NCBI RefSeq assembly: GCF_000737315.1 | Contig: NZ_JMCB01000009.1 | Location: 1 to 64,000, forward strand | Reading direction: 5' to 3' | From: Hyalangium minutum | GTDB taxonomy: Bacteria; Myxococcota; Myxococcia; Myxococcales; Myxococcaceae | DNA: 64,000 nucleotides | Shown here: piece after piece, positions 53,699 to 63,953 of the stretch | Layout of the letters: each line of letters opens with the position of its first letter | Numbering within the stretch: the stretch's first letter is position 1 | Position numbers and translations under genes: made by a program | The notes under the pieces: model-generated | The model's input: only the letters and a program-made list of their open reading frames with translations | The model's database searches: none | What the model was told of the DNA's origin: nothing

Positions 53699-54898
53699 CT
53701 ACCCCGCGGACCGGCTCCGCCGCAGCCGGCGGATCCGCTCGACGGTGGCCTCCGGCAGCAGGCGCTTGACCACATCGCGAGCGCCGCGAGCCAGTTCCTC
53801 CTGACGGGTGAACCAGTGGCCCGCGCCCTGGAAGGCGTGGATGCGCACCGCCACCGTGCGCCGCTCCTTCGAGGTCCAGTCGGACTTGTACGTCTCCGTG
53901 CCTCGAAGGAAGTCGTAGTGGCGGAGGCCGCCCTCGATGGCGTCCTTGAACGTCTCGCCCACCAGCACGAGCCCCACGCTCCGGTTGCGCCACTCCGGAT
54001 CGTAGCCGGACTGGTAGTAGATGAACGTGTCCCGGTAGATGAGGCCGTACACCGAGGCCACAGCCTGGCCGCCCACCTTCATCGTGTAGAGGCGCAGCAG
54101 GCCGCGCTCGGCCAGGAACTGCGTGGCGTCCCGGTGGAAAGACTCGACCTCGTGGCTCTGGATGCCCTGAGAGCCACCGTCCGCGGCCCAGCGCGCCGAG
54201 TGCAGCCGGAAGAAGTCCGCCATGGGAGCCGCGAGTTCCCCAGGCGCCTCGGTGCGCTCGATGCGGTAGCCCTCCTGCTTCTCCAGCCACTTGCGCCGGC
54301 GCAGGTAGTTGTCCCGCCGGCCCGTGCGCTTGAGGAAGAGATCGAAGGCCTCTCCCGGCCGGAAGGTCTCGTACGGGCACACGTAGCGATCCGTGACGCG
54401 GACCTCCAGGTCTGGGAAGGCCTCACGCAGCACCTTCACCGTGAGCGAGTCCTCGTGCAGATCCACCAGATCCAGCACGTCCCAACCGCCGTGCATCTCG
54501 CGGAGCCCGTGCGCAAAGGCGCGCGTCACGGGCTCTTCCATCCCGCGCTTGGCCACCACGTCCAGATAGTCGCTGCCGACGTATGTCTCCCCCAGGAAGG
54601 ACAGCCGGCCCACCTGGCGGCCCAGCACATGGCACAGCTCGAAGCCGAGCGGCATGAGCCCCACCAGCGTGCCGGTGCGATCCCTCGCCGTGAGGACCAG
54701 CGGCCGCCGATCCGGAGCGATGCGGCGGCACCACGGGTAGATCCATTCCCACGCGTTGAAGGGCCCCGCGTCGCTGGCATCCATCAGCGCATCCCACTCG
54801 GAGCGCATCCGGGCCAGCGCGGAGAGCTCGTGGACGATCTCCACCCGCAGCCACTGTGAGGGCTGCGGTTCGGGCGTCAGGTCGGATTCACGGATCAT
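53699..54898 (-). CDS. exoI: GNAT (CelD/BcsL-like) acetyltransferase
   Basis: GSDYLD, WDVLDLVDL, YQSGYDP...SVG and YDFLRGTETYK. Confidence 0.85.
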   Translation of the reverse strand: MIRESDLTPEPQPSQWLRVEIVHELSALARMRSEWDALMDASDAGPFNAWEWIYPWCRRIAPDRRPLVLTARDRTGTLVGLMPLGFELCHVLGRQVGRLSFLGETYVGSDYLDVVAKRGMEEPVTRAFAHGLREMHGGWDVLDLVDLHEDSLTVKVLREAFPDLEVRVTDRYVCPYETFRPGEAFDLFLKRTGRRDNYLRRRKWLEKQEGYRIERTEAPGELAAPMADFFRLHSARWAADGGSQGIQSHEVESFHRDATQFLAERGLLRLYTMKVGGQAVASVYGLIYRDTFIYYQSGYDPEWRNRSVGLVLVGETFKDAIEGGLRHYDFLRGTETYKSDWTSKERRTVAVRIHAFQGAGHWFTRQEELARGARDVVKRLLPEATVERIRRLRRSRSAG

Positions 54899-54923
54899 CG
54901 GTCTCGGCTTTCAAAGAGAGGAA

Positions 54924-56093
54924 TCAGCCCGCGCGCTTGCGGGTGCGGCGATCCGTCTTCACGGCCTCGCGCACCGCGGCCGCCACGTTCGCCATCACCT
55001 CGGGCTCGAGGTCCTGGTGGCACGGGATCTCCACGATGGAGCGGCGCAGCTGCCCCACCTCGGGGAAGGCCGCCGCGTCACAGGCTGGGTGGAAGCGGTT
55101 CCAGAAGTCGATGGCGTCGATGCCCATCGCGTGCAGCTTGCCGAGCACCTCGGCCTTGTCCTGCACCACGATCGGATAGAAGAGCGGGCACACACCGGGC
55201 GGCAGCTGGTTGAACAGCGGCGTGGACACATCGCGCAGGCGCCCGAGCAGGAAGAAGTAGTTGCGCCGCCGCTTCTCGACGATGCCCTCCAGATCCTGGG
55301 CCAGCGCGATGCGCTTGGTGAGCGGGCTCATGCCCATGTCCACGTGGTCGCGGTTGAAGTGCTGCGTGCCCGTGGCCACGCGCTCGATGTTGGCGGCCTT
55401 CACCGTGCCATGCCCCACCTTGCGGATGAGGCTGCGCAGCCCTCGGCCCATGGTCCCACCCCGCAGCTCCAGGTTCTGAAGCAGCGCGGAGACAGTGTGG
55501 CTGAACGTCGAGGCCAGCGGCGGCGGCGGCGGCTCCGGCAGGCTGTACTGCCGAGGCCCGTTGATGGTCAGCGCGCCTCCGTTCGGCACCGGCAGCGTCT
55601 TGTAGAGGCAGAAGATGCCGATGTCGCCCGTGGTGCCCAGCGGCTGGGTGCCATCAGCGGACAGCAGCGAGAGCGCGCAGTCCTCGATGAGCGGCAGTCC
55701 GTGGCGGTCGGCGATCTCGCGCATCTCCGAGACCGGGCCCGGGAAGCCCGCGTAGTGGACGAGGTAGAGGGCCTTGGTCTTCGGGCCGATCTTCTTCTCC
55801 ACGTCCTCCAGGTCCACGTCCCAGCGCGAGCCCACGCGGTAGAAGCGCGGCGTGGCGCCGGCATCAATGACGGCCTCCACCTCCACGCCGTGGTGGTACG
55901 AGGGCATGAGCACCTCGCCCTTGTCGAGCCCCAGCATCTTCACCGTGAGCCAGACGGCGTTCCGGGCGAAGTAGAAGTAGCGCACGTTCGCCGAGGCGAA
56001 CGGCTGGAACCCGGCCGTCTTCGCGCGGCCCCACAGCATGCTCGGCCACAGTGTGGGCAGGGAGGGGACGAACAGCTTCTGATTCGAGTTCAT
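54924..56093 (-). CDS. exoH: DegT/DnrJ/EryC1/StrS family PLP-dependent aminotransferase
   Basis: VLMPSYH, LVHYAG, LIEDCA, FCLYKTL (PLP lysine) and GG; start at MNSNQKL. Confidence 0.85.
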   Translation of the reverse strand: MNSNQKLFVPSLPTLWPSMLWGRAKTAGFQPFASANVRYFYFARNAVWLTVKMLGLDKGEVLMPSYHHGVEVEAVIDAGATPRFYRVGSRWDVDLEDVEKKIGPKTKALYLVHYAGFPGPVSEMREIADRHGLPLIEDCALSLLSADGTQPLGTTGDIGIFCLYKTLPVPNGGALTINGPRQYSLPEPPPPPLASTFSHTVSALLQNLELRGGTMGRGLRSLIRKVGHGTVKAANIERVATGTQHFNRDHVDMGMSPLTKRIALAQDLEGIVEKRRRNYFFLLGRLRDVSTPLFNQLPPGVCPLFYPIVVQDKAEVLGKLHAMGIDAIDFWNRFHPACDAAAFPEVGQLRRSIVEIPCHQDLEPEVMANVAAAVREAVKTDRRTRKRAG

Positions 56094-57208
56094 TTCTTCC
56101 ATCGCGCCACCACCTCTTTCGCCGTGGGGACCCACCGGAACTTCGCCGCGCACAACGCACGGCCGAAGGCGGAGTCGTTGAACAGGTAGAGCCAGGTGTG
56201 GCGGCGGACGTGGTCCGTCCAGTCGCGCTTCCACACCATGTCCGGCCCCAGGAAGTCGAACTCGCGCAGCCCGCGCGAGATGCAGTCCGCCAGCACCTCG
56301 TCCATCAGCAGCTGGCCGGGGCTGCAATCCTTGAGGCTCTCGTCGTAGCCGGGCTTGAGCAGGAAGTAGCGCCCGCCGTGGGTGAGGCCGTATTGAAAGG
56401 CCACCGGGCGCCCGTCCAGCCGCAGGAAGTAGAGCGAGAGCCGACCCGCGTACGCCGCGTCCCGCGCCAGCTCCGTGTAGAAGCCTCGCGAGCCCGCGTC
56501 CTGCGCCATGGCCGTCCCCTGCTGGCCCTTCCAGCCGCTCTGCTCGAGCGCGAAGCCCTCCTCCAGCTTGCCCTCCAGTTCCAGGCCGCCGTCCACCCGC
56601 TCGAACTCGACGCGGCCCTTCTCCTCCAGCTTCTTGCGGCGCCGGCGGCAGTTGGCCTTGAACTTGGACTGCAGCGTGGCCAGGAAGGCTTCCCGGGTGG
56701 CGGGCAACGGCACGTAGGGCGACTGGAGCGCCTCCCAGGCCCCCGTCGGCAGCCCCGCGCGCTTCGCCACCTCGAACAGCTCCCAGCCCGCGCCACCCTC
56801 GGGCACGTCCGTCAGCCGCAGCACGTCCCAGCTCCGGTCCCTGCGCAGCCACGCGAAGAACATGGCCGCGGCGGCCTCCGGCTCCCGGGCGATCAGATCG
56901 AAGCGGCACGAGTGCGGATTGGCCGTGCCCGTGAGCTGGCGCACGGGGATGCCGTACATCGTGGCGCGCTCGGCCATCAGCGGCAGGGCCGCCGTCAGCT
57001 TCCCCTCCGCGTCCCTCAGGGTGAGGATCCGCAGCTGCGCCGAGGGCGCGAAGTTGTCGATCCAGATGCGGATGAACTCATGGCGATAGAAGAGCTCGTG
57101 GGAGGTGGCCTCCACGAGCGCGTTCCACTCGGACGCGAGCGCCATGAACCCGGCCCGGTCCGTCACCTCCCGGACACTGGGTTCGGGTGTGAGCTGTCTG
57201 GCTTCCAT
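56090..57208 (-). CDS. exoG: GNAT (CelD/BcsL-like) acetyltransferase
   Basis: WDVLRLTDV, LKPGYDE...SPG and FDFLG...WK; paralog of exoI. Confidence 0.85.
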   Translation of the reverse strand: MEARQLTPEPSVREVTDRAGFMALASEWNALVEATSHELFYRHEFIRIWIDNFAPSAQLRILTLRDAEGKLTAALPLMAERATMYGIPVRQLTGTANPHSCRFDLIAREPEAAAAMFFAWLRRDRSWDVLRLTDVPEGGAGWELFEVAKRAGLPTGAWEALQSPYVPLPATREAFLATLQSKFKANCRRRRKKLEEKGRVEFERVDGGLELEGKLEEGFALEQSGWKGQQGTAMAQDAGSRGFYTELARDAAYAGRLSLYFLRLDGRPVAFQYGLTHGGRYFLLKPGYDESLKDCSPGQLLMDEVLADCISRGLREFDFLGPDMVWKRDWTDHVRRHTWLYLFNDSAFGRALCAAKFRWVPTAKEVVARWKK

Positions 57209-57278
57209 AGGTGCAGGACTCCCAAGCACACGGGCCCCAGGGGCCCGCGCGCGAGAAGGTGGGAACGCCCAGCGCTGG

Positions 57279-58355
57279 CTACAAGCCGCAGCGCGCCATC
57301 TTCAGGAGGCAGCGGGCCACCTTGCGGCTGTCGTGTCGGATCTTGGACCCCTCCTTGAGGAGATCCGCCTCCACGGGCACAACGCCGGCGGTGATGAGCT
57401 CGCGGCGGCTCACCGAGATGACATAGGCGCCCTTCCGGGCATAGCGCTGGATGGACTCGTGCGGAGGCATCGTGCCGTTGATGAGCACCGCGTCCAGCAC
57501 CGGCCCCGCGTGGCTGATGACGGCCTTGACGTGATCCAGACAGTTCATGCCGTCCGTCTCACCCGGCTGCGTCATCAGGTTGGCGACCATGACCTTGAGC
57601 GCCCGCGTCTCGCGCAGGGCCTGGGCCACGCCATCCACCAGCAGGTTCGGAATGACGCTCGAGTACAGCGAGCCCGGCCCGATGACGATCAGATCCGCGC
57701 TGTGAATGGACTCGATCAGCCCCTCGGCGGGAGGCGGCGAGCGAGGGCTCAGCGACACCCGGCGCACGCGGCCATGGGCACGGACGATGTTGCTCTCGCC
57801 CACCACCTCGGTGGAGTCATCCATCTGGGCCACGAGCTGCACGTTGGCCAGCGTGCACGGCAGCACCTTGCCGCGCGCCCCAAGCAGCTCGCCGGAGACG
57901 CGCACCGCCTCCAGGAAGTCCCCCTTGAGCTCCGCGAGCGCGGCGATGAGCAGGTTGCCCACCGCGTGCCCGGCCAGGCCCTTGGCGCCGCCGAAGCGGT
58001 ACTGGAACACCTCGGCCAGCGCGTTCTTGCCGCCCGCGAGCGCCACCAGGCAGTTGCGGATGTCTCCCGGAGGCAGCACGCCGTGCGAGCGGCGCAGCCG
58101 GCCCGAGCTGCCGCCGTCATCGCTCATGGTGACGACGGCGGTGATGTCCACGCCGGGATCACCCAGCTTGGGCTCGGCCTTCCGGGCCAGGCCCCGGAGC
58201 ACCATGGGAAGCCCGGTGCCGCCGCCCATCGCGACAATCCGGGTCGGCCGATCCACCTGCGAACGCAACAGCTCGTTGCGCCCCTCCTGCCGGGCTGCCC
58301 TCGCATCCTCGCCAAAGAAGTCTTGGAGAGTCGACTCCAGATCGATCACAGACAT
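57279..58355 (-). CDS. exoF: YvcK/GlmR (gluconeogenesis factor, UPF0052) family protein
   Basis: MGGGTGL, VTMSDDGGSSG, PPGDIRNCL, GHAVGNL, GPGSLYSSVIPNL and NLMTQPGET. Confidence 0.9.
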   Translation of the reverse strand: MSVIDLESTLQDFFGEDARAARQEGRNELLRSQVDRPTRIVAMGGGTGLPMVLRGLARKAEPKLGDPGVDITAVVTMSDDGGSSGRLRRSHGVLPPGDIRNCLVALAGGKNALAEVFQYRFGGAKGLAGHAVGNLLIAALAELKGDFLEAVRVSGELLGARGKVLPCTLANVQLVAQMDDSTEVVGESNIVRAHGRVRRVSLSPRSPPPAEGLIESIHSADLIVIGPGSLYSSVIPNLLVDGVAQALRETRALKVMVANLMTQPGETDGMNCLDHVKAVISHAGPVLDAVLINGTMPPHESIQRYARKGAYVISVSRRELITAGVVPVEADLLKEGSKIRHDSRKVARCLLKMARCGL

Positions 58356-58403
58356 TGCCCGACCCCTTCCCGCCCGCTGCACCATGATGACTGACCCTTG
58401 AGC

Positions 58404-59774
58404 CTACCGCGCGCCACGGCCGAGCAGCACATGCCGCACGGTGTGGAAGATGATCCCGAGATCCAGGAACAGCGAGCCGTTCTTCACGTAGTACAGATCG
58501 AACTCGAGCTTGTTACGGGCATCCTCCACCGATGCCCCGTAGGGATAACGGATCTGCGCCCACCCGGTGATGCCGGGCTTCACTGCCTCGCGCAGCCCGT
58601 AGAATGGGATCTGCTGCTTGAGCTGCTCCACGAACACGGGGCGCTCCGGCCGAGGCCCCACGAAGCTCATTTCCCCCACCAACACGTTGAAGACCTGGGG
58701 AATCTCATCCATGCGCGTCTTGCGGATGAAGCGGCCCACGCGGGTGACGCGATCGTCATTCGCCTTGGCCCACACCGCGCCGTTCTTCTCCGCATCCGTG
58801 CGCATGCTGCGGAACTTCCACAACCAGTAGGACTTGCCGCCCAGGCCCACGCGCTCCTGGCGGTAGAAGACCGGGCCCTGCGAGTCCAGCTTGATGGCGA
58901 TCGCCACCAGCACCAGCACCGGCGAGGCCAGCACCAGGAGCAGCGACGCCACGAAGATATCGAACAGCCGCTTGCACCCGCGCCGCAGCGGCGACTGGGT
59001 GAGCTCGTCCGCGAAGGCGAAGTCACTGGCGCGCAGGAACTGCACGGGGATGCGGCGCAGCACGCGCTCGCAGAAGCCCGCGGCGTCATAGACCAGCCGC
59101 CCTTCCAACCGGCAGCGCAGCAGCCCCTGCACCCAATTGGCGCCGCGCATGTCGTCCGCGGCCTGCACCACGTACTCGGCCTTGAGGCGGGTGGCCATCT
59201 CCTCCAGCGGCCCCACCCCCTCGCGGCGCGGGTCGACCATGGCGACGACCTTATAGGTACCCTCACCGCCCTCCTCGATGGCCTTCATCACCGAGCGGGC
59301 CTTCACCCCGTCACCAATGAGCAGCACCGGAGAGGGCTCGCCCACCAGCGCGTGGATGGCCACGCGCACCGCCAGCGTGCCGGCCAGCGCGCCCATCGCC
59401 CCGCCCAGGAGCATGCCGGGCGGCAGCTGCACCGGATAAGCCAGCGCCACCACCAGCGTCCCCACGCCCACCATCGCGGCGGTGACGCCCGCGGCCTTGA
59501 GGAAGCGGTACCCGCGCTGCCGATCCTCGGCGGCCACGCGCAGGTCATACAGATCCAGCAGGTACATCGTGAACTGGAAGGTGAAAACGAACGCCGCGCT
59601 CAGTCCGAGCAGCGTGGGCAGCAGCCCCTGCAGCGGCGGACGAAGCCCCGCGGGCGCGAACATGAAGGCGCAGCCCGCAGCGCCGAGCACACAGGCCAGA
59701 GCAATCGCCGTGCTTTCGACGAGAAAGAACGTGAGCTTCTTGGCAGAGAAATAGTGGTGAAAAACCCGAAGCAC
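58404..59774 (-). CDS. exoE: Polyprenyl-phosphate hexose-1-phosphate transferase (priming glycosyltransferase)
   Basis: KRLFDI, FYRQERVG, KFRSM, DEIPQVFNVLVGEMSFVGPRPE and KPGITGWAQ; GTG after GGAGG. Confidence 0.92.
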   Translation of the reverse strand: MLRVFHHYFSAKKLTFFLVESTAIALACVLGAAGCAFMFAPAGLRPPLQGLLPTLLGLSAAFVFTFQFTMYLLDLYDLRVAAEDRQRGYRFLKAAGVTAAMVGVGTLVVALAYPVQLPPGMLLGGAMGALAGTLAVRVAIHALVGEPSPVLLIGDGVKARSVMKAIEEGGEGTYKVVAMVDPRREGVGPLEEMATRLKAEYVVQAADDMRGANWVQGLLRCRLEGRLVYDAAGFCERVLRRIPVQFLRASDFAFADELTQSPLRRGCKRLFDIFVASLLLVLASPVLVLVAIAIKLDSQGPVFYRQERVGLGGKSYWLWKFRSMRTDAEKNGAVWAKANDDRVTRVGRFIRKTRMDEIPQVFNVLVGEMSFVGPRPERPVFVEQLKQQIPFYGLREAVKPGITGWAQIRYPYGASVEDARNKLEFDLYYVKNGSLFLDLGIIFHTVRHVLLGRGAR

Positions 59775-59878
59775 TTGCACCCTCCAGCCGTCCCAACCCT
59801 TTGCTTCAACAGGCTTCCCAGCGGGCGTGACCCACCGCTCCCCCTGCACCAGCGGAGAGCGGCGGGCCGCCACCATCG

Positions 59879-60619
59879 CTACTTCATGTAGTTCTTCAGG
59901 TACGAGGGCGTACTCACCTCGGCCCCGTTCAGCACGCAGCCCAGGATGGGCGCGCCGCCAAGCTGCTCCACCGCCTGGTTGATCGCCTTGGTGGGCGTCA
60001 CGTTGGCGCGGACCACCATGAGCACACCGTCCGACTGGTGGCCCAGGATGGTGGCATCCGCGAAGGGCAGCGTGGGCGGCAGATCGATGTAGACCTCATC
60101 GAAGTTGTCGCGCACCGCCTTCAGGAACTGCTTCATCCGGGAGCCAGCCAGCACCTGGGTGGGCTCCTCCGGCGTGGTGCCGGCCGGGATGACCGCGAGC
60201 TTCGTCGCGTTGAAGCGGCGAACCACGTCCCGAACCTCGCACTCACCGGCCAGCAGCTCGGCCAGACCCTGCTTGCCGCGGATGCCCAGCACCTGGGCCA
60301 CCTGGCTGCGACGCAGATCCGCGTCAATCAGCAGGATGCGCCGCTCCGGATTGGCCCGTGCCGCGGCCAGCGCCAGGTTCACCGCCGTCACCGTCTTGCC
60401 CTCGCCAGGCAGCGCGGAGGTGAAGGCGATGACCTTCATCTGCTTCACCTCGCGCATCCGCTCCAGCCGGTAGTACAGGGTGCGGTACTGCTCCGCCGCC
60501 ACCGAGGCCGGCGCCGTCAGCGTGACCACCCGGCGATCCACTGCATTCGGGTTTCCGGCCGTCTCGTCCACCCGAGGAAGGAAGTTGCCCGCCCGCTCTA
60601 TCGTCCTATCCATTCCCAT
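59879..60619 (-). CDS. exoD: BY-kinase (CpsD/CapB-type tyrosine kinase)
   Basis: AEQYRTL, Walker A SALPGEGKT, LIDADLRR and YIDLPP. Confidence 0.9.
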   Translation of the reverse strand: MGMDRTIERAGNFLPRVDETAGNPNAVDRRVVTLTAPASVAAEQYRTLYYRLERMREVKQMKVIAFTSALPGEGKTVTAVNLALAAARANPERRILLIDADLRRSQVAQVLGIRGKQGLAELLAGECEVRDVVRRFNATKLAVIPAGTTPEEPTQVLAGSRMKQFLKAVRDNFDEVYIDLPPTLPFADATILGHQSDGVLMVVRANVTPTKAINQAVEQLGGAPILGCVLNGAEVSTPSYLKNYMK

Positions 60620-60644
60620 CTCCCCAGTTGTCCTTTTTTCAGCC

Positions 60645-62054
60645 TCAGTTCAGCTCGGTCGGGGAAGAAATCCCGTTCCGCACTTGAGAACTGGGCATCA
60701 ACACCCGCTTCTCCGTCTTCCCCTGCATGTTCGGGACCACCGCCAGCACCGGCAAGGTGAGCCGCTCACGCACCTCATGGCCATCGCGGATGCTGTCGTC
60801 GCGCATCTCGATGATGACGCCGGTGAGCACACCCACGCCCAGGGCGATCAGCATCGAGATCAGCAGGCCGCCGAAGCGATCCGGGCGAGCAGGCACGCCG
60901 GGCACGCCGGCAGGCGAGATGACGTTGAAGAGGCTCTTGGAGGTCTTCGCCTCGAGCTCCTCGGCCAGCTCGGCCTCCACCTTGCGAGACACCACGCTCT
61001 GGTACTTGGTGCGGGCGATCTCGTAGTCCCGGTTCATCACGCCCAGCTCGTGGGCCCAGCGCGGAGTGTTGTCCAGGCGCTTCTGGAACGTCTCGGCCTG
61101 CTTGTGCATGGAGGCAATCTCCGTCTGAATGCCGGTGATGAGATCAGCGGCCCGGGCGCGCTCCTGGCGCTCGGCCACCAGGCGGCCCTCGGCGTCCTTG
61201 CGCTTGGACGTCATGTTCTCCAGCTCACTCTGCAGGCGCTTCACCTCGGGGTGGTCCTCCGTCCACTGAGTGCGGGCGGCGACCAGGGACCGGGTGAGTC
61301 CGTTCTCGGCGGCCTCGAGGCGGCCGGCCTCGCTGTCCGCGGCGTTGCGAGCCCGGGCCAAATCCGAGCGGCGGTTCTCCGCCACGCGCAGCTCCTCGGA
61401 CTTGGTCTGGAGATCATGGCTGATCCGCTCCAGGGCGCGCATGTTCATCTCCATCTGCTCCGGCAACTCGCCCATGTGGTCCACCTTGAACTGGGCGATG
61501 CGGCGCTCCCAGGTGGACACGCTCTTGGCCAGCGAGTCCATCTCCTCGGTGAAGAGCTGGGTGGCACGCGAGGCCTGGGCCTGGCGCAGCTTGAGCGTCT
61601 CCTCCGCGAAGATGGCCGGCAGGCGGTTGGCCACCTGGGCCGCCACCTGCGGATCATGGTTCGTGTACGTCAGCTCGAAGGCGTTCTCGCCCTCCACCTT
61701 CACCGCCAGATCCTTGCGCATCTGGGTGACGGCCGCCTCCATCCCCTTCTTCGAGACGAGCTCGGGGTAGAGGTTCATCTCCTCGATGGCCTTCTGCAGC
61801 ACCGGCCGGGCCATCAGTTCCTGCCGCACGGTGAGCAGGCGCTGTTCAATCAGCTCGCTCACGGTGCGCTGCACCATTTCCTCGCCGGGCCGCTGTGGCT
61901 CCACGCGGACCACCGAAGTTGCCTCGTACATGCTGGGGCGCGTCACCACGACGGCCGCCCCCACCGCGAACACCGCTGCTGCGATGGCCCCTACCAGAGC
62001 CTTGCGGCGCCACAGGGCCACAAGCACCTGGTCCGCCGTCATCCCACGCTCCAT
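60645..62054 (-). CDS. exoC: Polysaccharide co-polymerase (Wzc/GumC-like)
   Basis: TM-coiled coil-TM architecture; YEATSVV, WTEDHPEV, LNRDYE-like segment and LPVLAVVP. Confidence 0.88.
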   Translation of the reverse strand: MERGMTADQVLVALWRRKALVGAIAAAVFAVGAAVVVTRPSMYEATSVVRVEPQRPGEEMVQRTVSELIEQRLLTVRQELMARPVLQKAIEEMNLYPELVSKKGMEAAVTQMRKDLAVKVEGENAFELTYTNHDPQVAAQVANRLPAIFAEETLKLRQAQASRATQLFTEEMDSLAKSVSTWERRIAQFKVDHMGELPEQMEMNMRALERISHDLQTKSEELRVAENRRSDLARARNAADSEAGRLEAAENGLTRSLVAARTQWTEDHPEVKRLQSELENMTSKRKDAEGRLVAERQERARAADLITGIQTEIASMHKQAETFQKRLDNTPRWAHELGVMNRDYEIARTKYQSVVSRKVEAELAEELEAKTSKSLFNVISPAGVPGVPARPDRFGGLLISMLIALGVGVLTGVIIEMRDDSIRDGHEVRERLTLPVLAVVPNMQGKTEKRVLMPSSQVRNGISSPTELN

Positions 62055-62079
62055 GTTCTGCTCCTCCTCCTCAGGTGCA

Positions 62080-63246
62080 CTACCAAGCCGAGATCACCAA
62101 CCGGACCGCCAGGACGTTGCGAGCCAGGTCCACCCCGCCCACTTCGTCCTCCACGCCCACCTGGGCAATGCGGTTGACGGTCCCTTGCAGCGCCAGGTAC
62201 CGGTTGATCCGGTACTCGGCGCCCAACTCCACTGCATAGCCTTGCGACAGGTACGGCGAACCGGACAGGCGGAACGCGTCCTCGTTGGGCGCACGCCCGT
62301 TCCGGAAGTAGCTGGCCACCGCGTTCACGGAGAACTGGTGGTTGATGCGTCGAGCCAGCGCCACGGAGGCGAAGTCCGCCCACAGCGCGTTCTCGAAACC
62401 ACTGGCCCCCACCAGGTCATGCCCCAGCGAGATGCCCATATCGAACAGCTCCCCATCGCGGTCCACGGCCACGACGGCCCGAGGCAGCCAGCCGACCTCG
62501 CCCTGAGGCGAGACGTAGCGGATGGGGCCTGCGCGCACCGACGCGTTCGTCACGCGGGTGAGCCGGTACCGCAGTCCCGCGAAAGCACCGTGGGCCTGCG
62601 AGAAGTCCTCCTGCGTGTAGAAACCCTGATACCGGTACTCCACTCCCAGGGAGAGCCGCCGGGTGCTCCGGTACCAGCCCTCCACGGACGGACTGTGGAC
62701 GAAGCCCTGCCGCGTCCCCGTCGCCTCGAACACCCGCGCGCCCTCGATGTTGTAGCTGGCGCGCACGTCCCAGCGCTGCGTCGCCCGCGCCGTGGCGGAC
62801 AGCCGCGCCTGCCCATAGAGCGTGGGCGCCAGCGTGCGCGCCACGCCCTCTCGAGGCAGCGAGGTAGGATCCGTCACCCGGAAGAAGCGGCTGGTGAACT
62901 CCAGCTGCAGCCGCCGCGACAGGGCGTGGTTCAGATCCAGCCCGGCCCGGTGGTCCAGCGTCGCACCGGCGATGCCCTGCCGCATGAGGAAGTCCGCCGC
63001 GTAGAAGACCTCGCCCTTGGACGTGGGATCCTTCAGTTCCAAGCCCAGGCGCGGAGACAGCTTGCTCACCAGCGGCCCGCCGCCCTCGTTGGCGACGCGC
63101 AGATCATCGTCGTAGCGCCCCTCGGCGACGAGCCGCAGCGAGGAGTCCAGCACCTGGTCCGCCAGTGCGGCGGAGCTGGTGCAGAGCACGCATGCCATCA
63201 GGAGTTTTCGAATGCCACCCATCATCGCCGCCCTCCTCCAGTGCAT
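62080..63246 (-). CDS. exoB: Outer-membrane beta-barrel partner of the OPX protein
   Basis: Signal peptide, amphipathic strands, ends VLAVRLVISAW; position between OPX and PCP genes. Start uncertain (63225-63282). Confidence 0.75.
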   Translation of the reverse strand: MHWRRAAMMGGIRKLLMACVLCTSSAALADQVLDSSLRLVAEGRYDDDLRVANEGGGPLVSKLSPRLGLELKDPTSKGEVFYAADFLMRQGIAGATLDHRAGLDLNHALSRRLQLEFTSRFFRVTDPTSLPREGVARTLAPTLYGQARLSATARATQRWDVRASYNIEGARVFEATGTRQGFVHSPSVEGWYRSTRRLSLGVEYRYQGFYTQEDFSQAHGAFAGLRYRLTRVTNASVRAGPIRYVSPQGEVGWLPRAVVAVDRDGELFDMGISLGHDLVGASGFENALWADFASVALARRINHQFSVNAVASYFRNGRAPNEDAFRLSGSPYLSQGYAVELGAEYRINRYLALQGTVNRIAQVGVEDEVGGVDLARNVLAVRLVISAW

Positions 63247-63278
63247 TCCTCGCCCCTCAGACCCAGCCACCCGCCGCC

Positions 63279-63851
63279 TCACGGCACGACGATGGTGTCA
63301 CCGGGGCGGAGGAAGACGTCCTGGCCGCCATCCGGGGAGAGCAGGTCGCTGTAGCGCACCTTGATCTTCCCGACGTCGCCATCGCTGCGGACCACGGTGA
63401 TGCCGTCCGAGTTGGCAAAGTCCGTGAACCCGCCTGCCAGGGCAATGGCCTGGATCAGCGAGACGCGCCCGCGCAGCGGGTAGGCGCCAGGCCGGGCCAC
63501 CTCGCCGGTGACGAAGACGCGGCTGCTGTTCACCTCACGCACGATGACCGTGACGCGCGGCTCCTGAACGTACGGCTGCAGGCGCCCCTTGATCTCCTCG
63601 GCCAGCTCGGTGGGCGTCTTGCCCGCGGCCAGCACATCGCCCGTCATGGGCATGGAGATGTAGCCATCCGGACGCACCGGCAGGGTGCGCGACAGATCCC
63701 CATCCCGCCACACCGCCACGTCCAGCACATCCTCACGGCCGATGCGGTACGGCTGCTCGCTGTTGTCCACCTTCATCGCCGGCTTGTGGGCGCACCCCGC
63801 CAGGAGCAGCACGCCCACCACCGCCCAGAAACTCGCCCGCGTCTTGCTCAT
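63279..63851 (-). CDS. exoA: Short OPX (Wza-like) polysaccharide export lipoprotein
   Basis: Lipobox LLAGC; PYRIGREDVL, VRPDGYISMP, FVTGEV..PGAY and LRPGDTIVVP; no C-terminal helix. Confidence 0.9.
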   Translation of the reverse strand: MSKTRASFWAVVGVLLLAGCAHKPAMKVDNSEQPYRIGREDVLDVAVWRDGDLSRTLPVRPDGYISMPMTGDVLAAGKTPTELAEEIKGRLQPYVQEPRVTVIVREVNSSRVFVTGEVARPGAYPLRGRVSLIQAIALAGGFTDFANSDGITVVRSDGDVGKIKVRYSDLLSPDGGQDVFLRPGDTIVVP

Positions 63852-63953
63852 TGTTGCCTCTCCTCCATCCACGTGTCCCTACTCGTCCCCACTCACTCGT
63901 CCCCCCCTCACTTGTGAGCGAGAAGAACGAAGTGCCATCGGCCCGTTTGCCGT

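Noticed and set aside
54924-56909. 661-aa ORF suggesting a long N-terminal extension or fusion on the aminotransferase
   Set aside because: The first 272 codons are an alternate frame of the GNAT gene. The aminotransferase starts at 56093 with an ATGA overlap.
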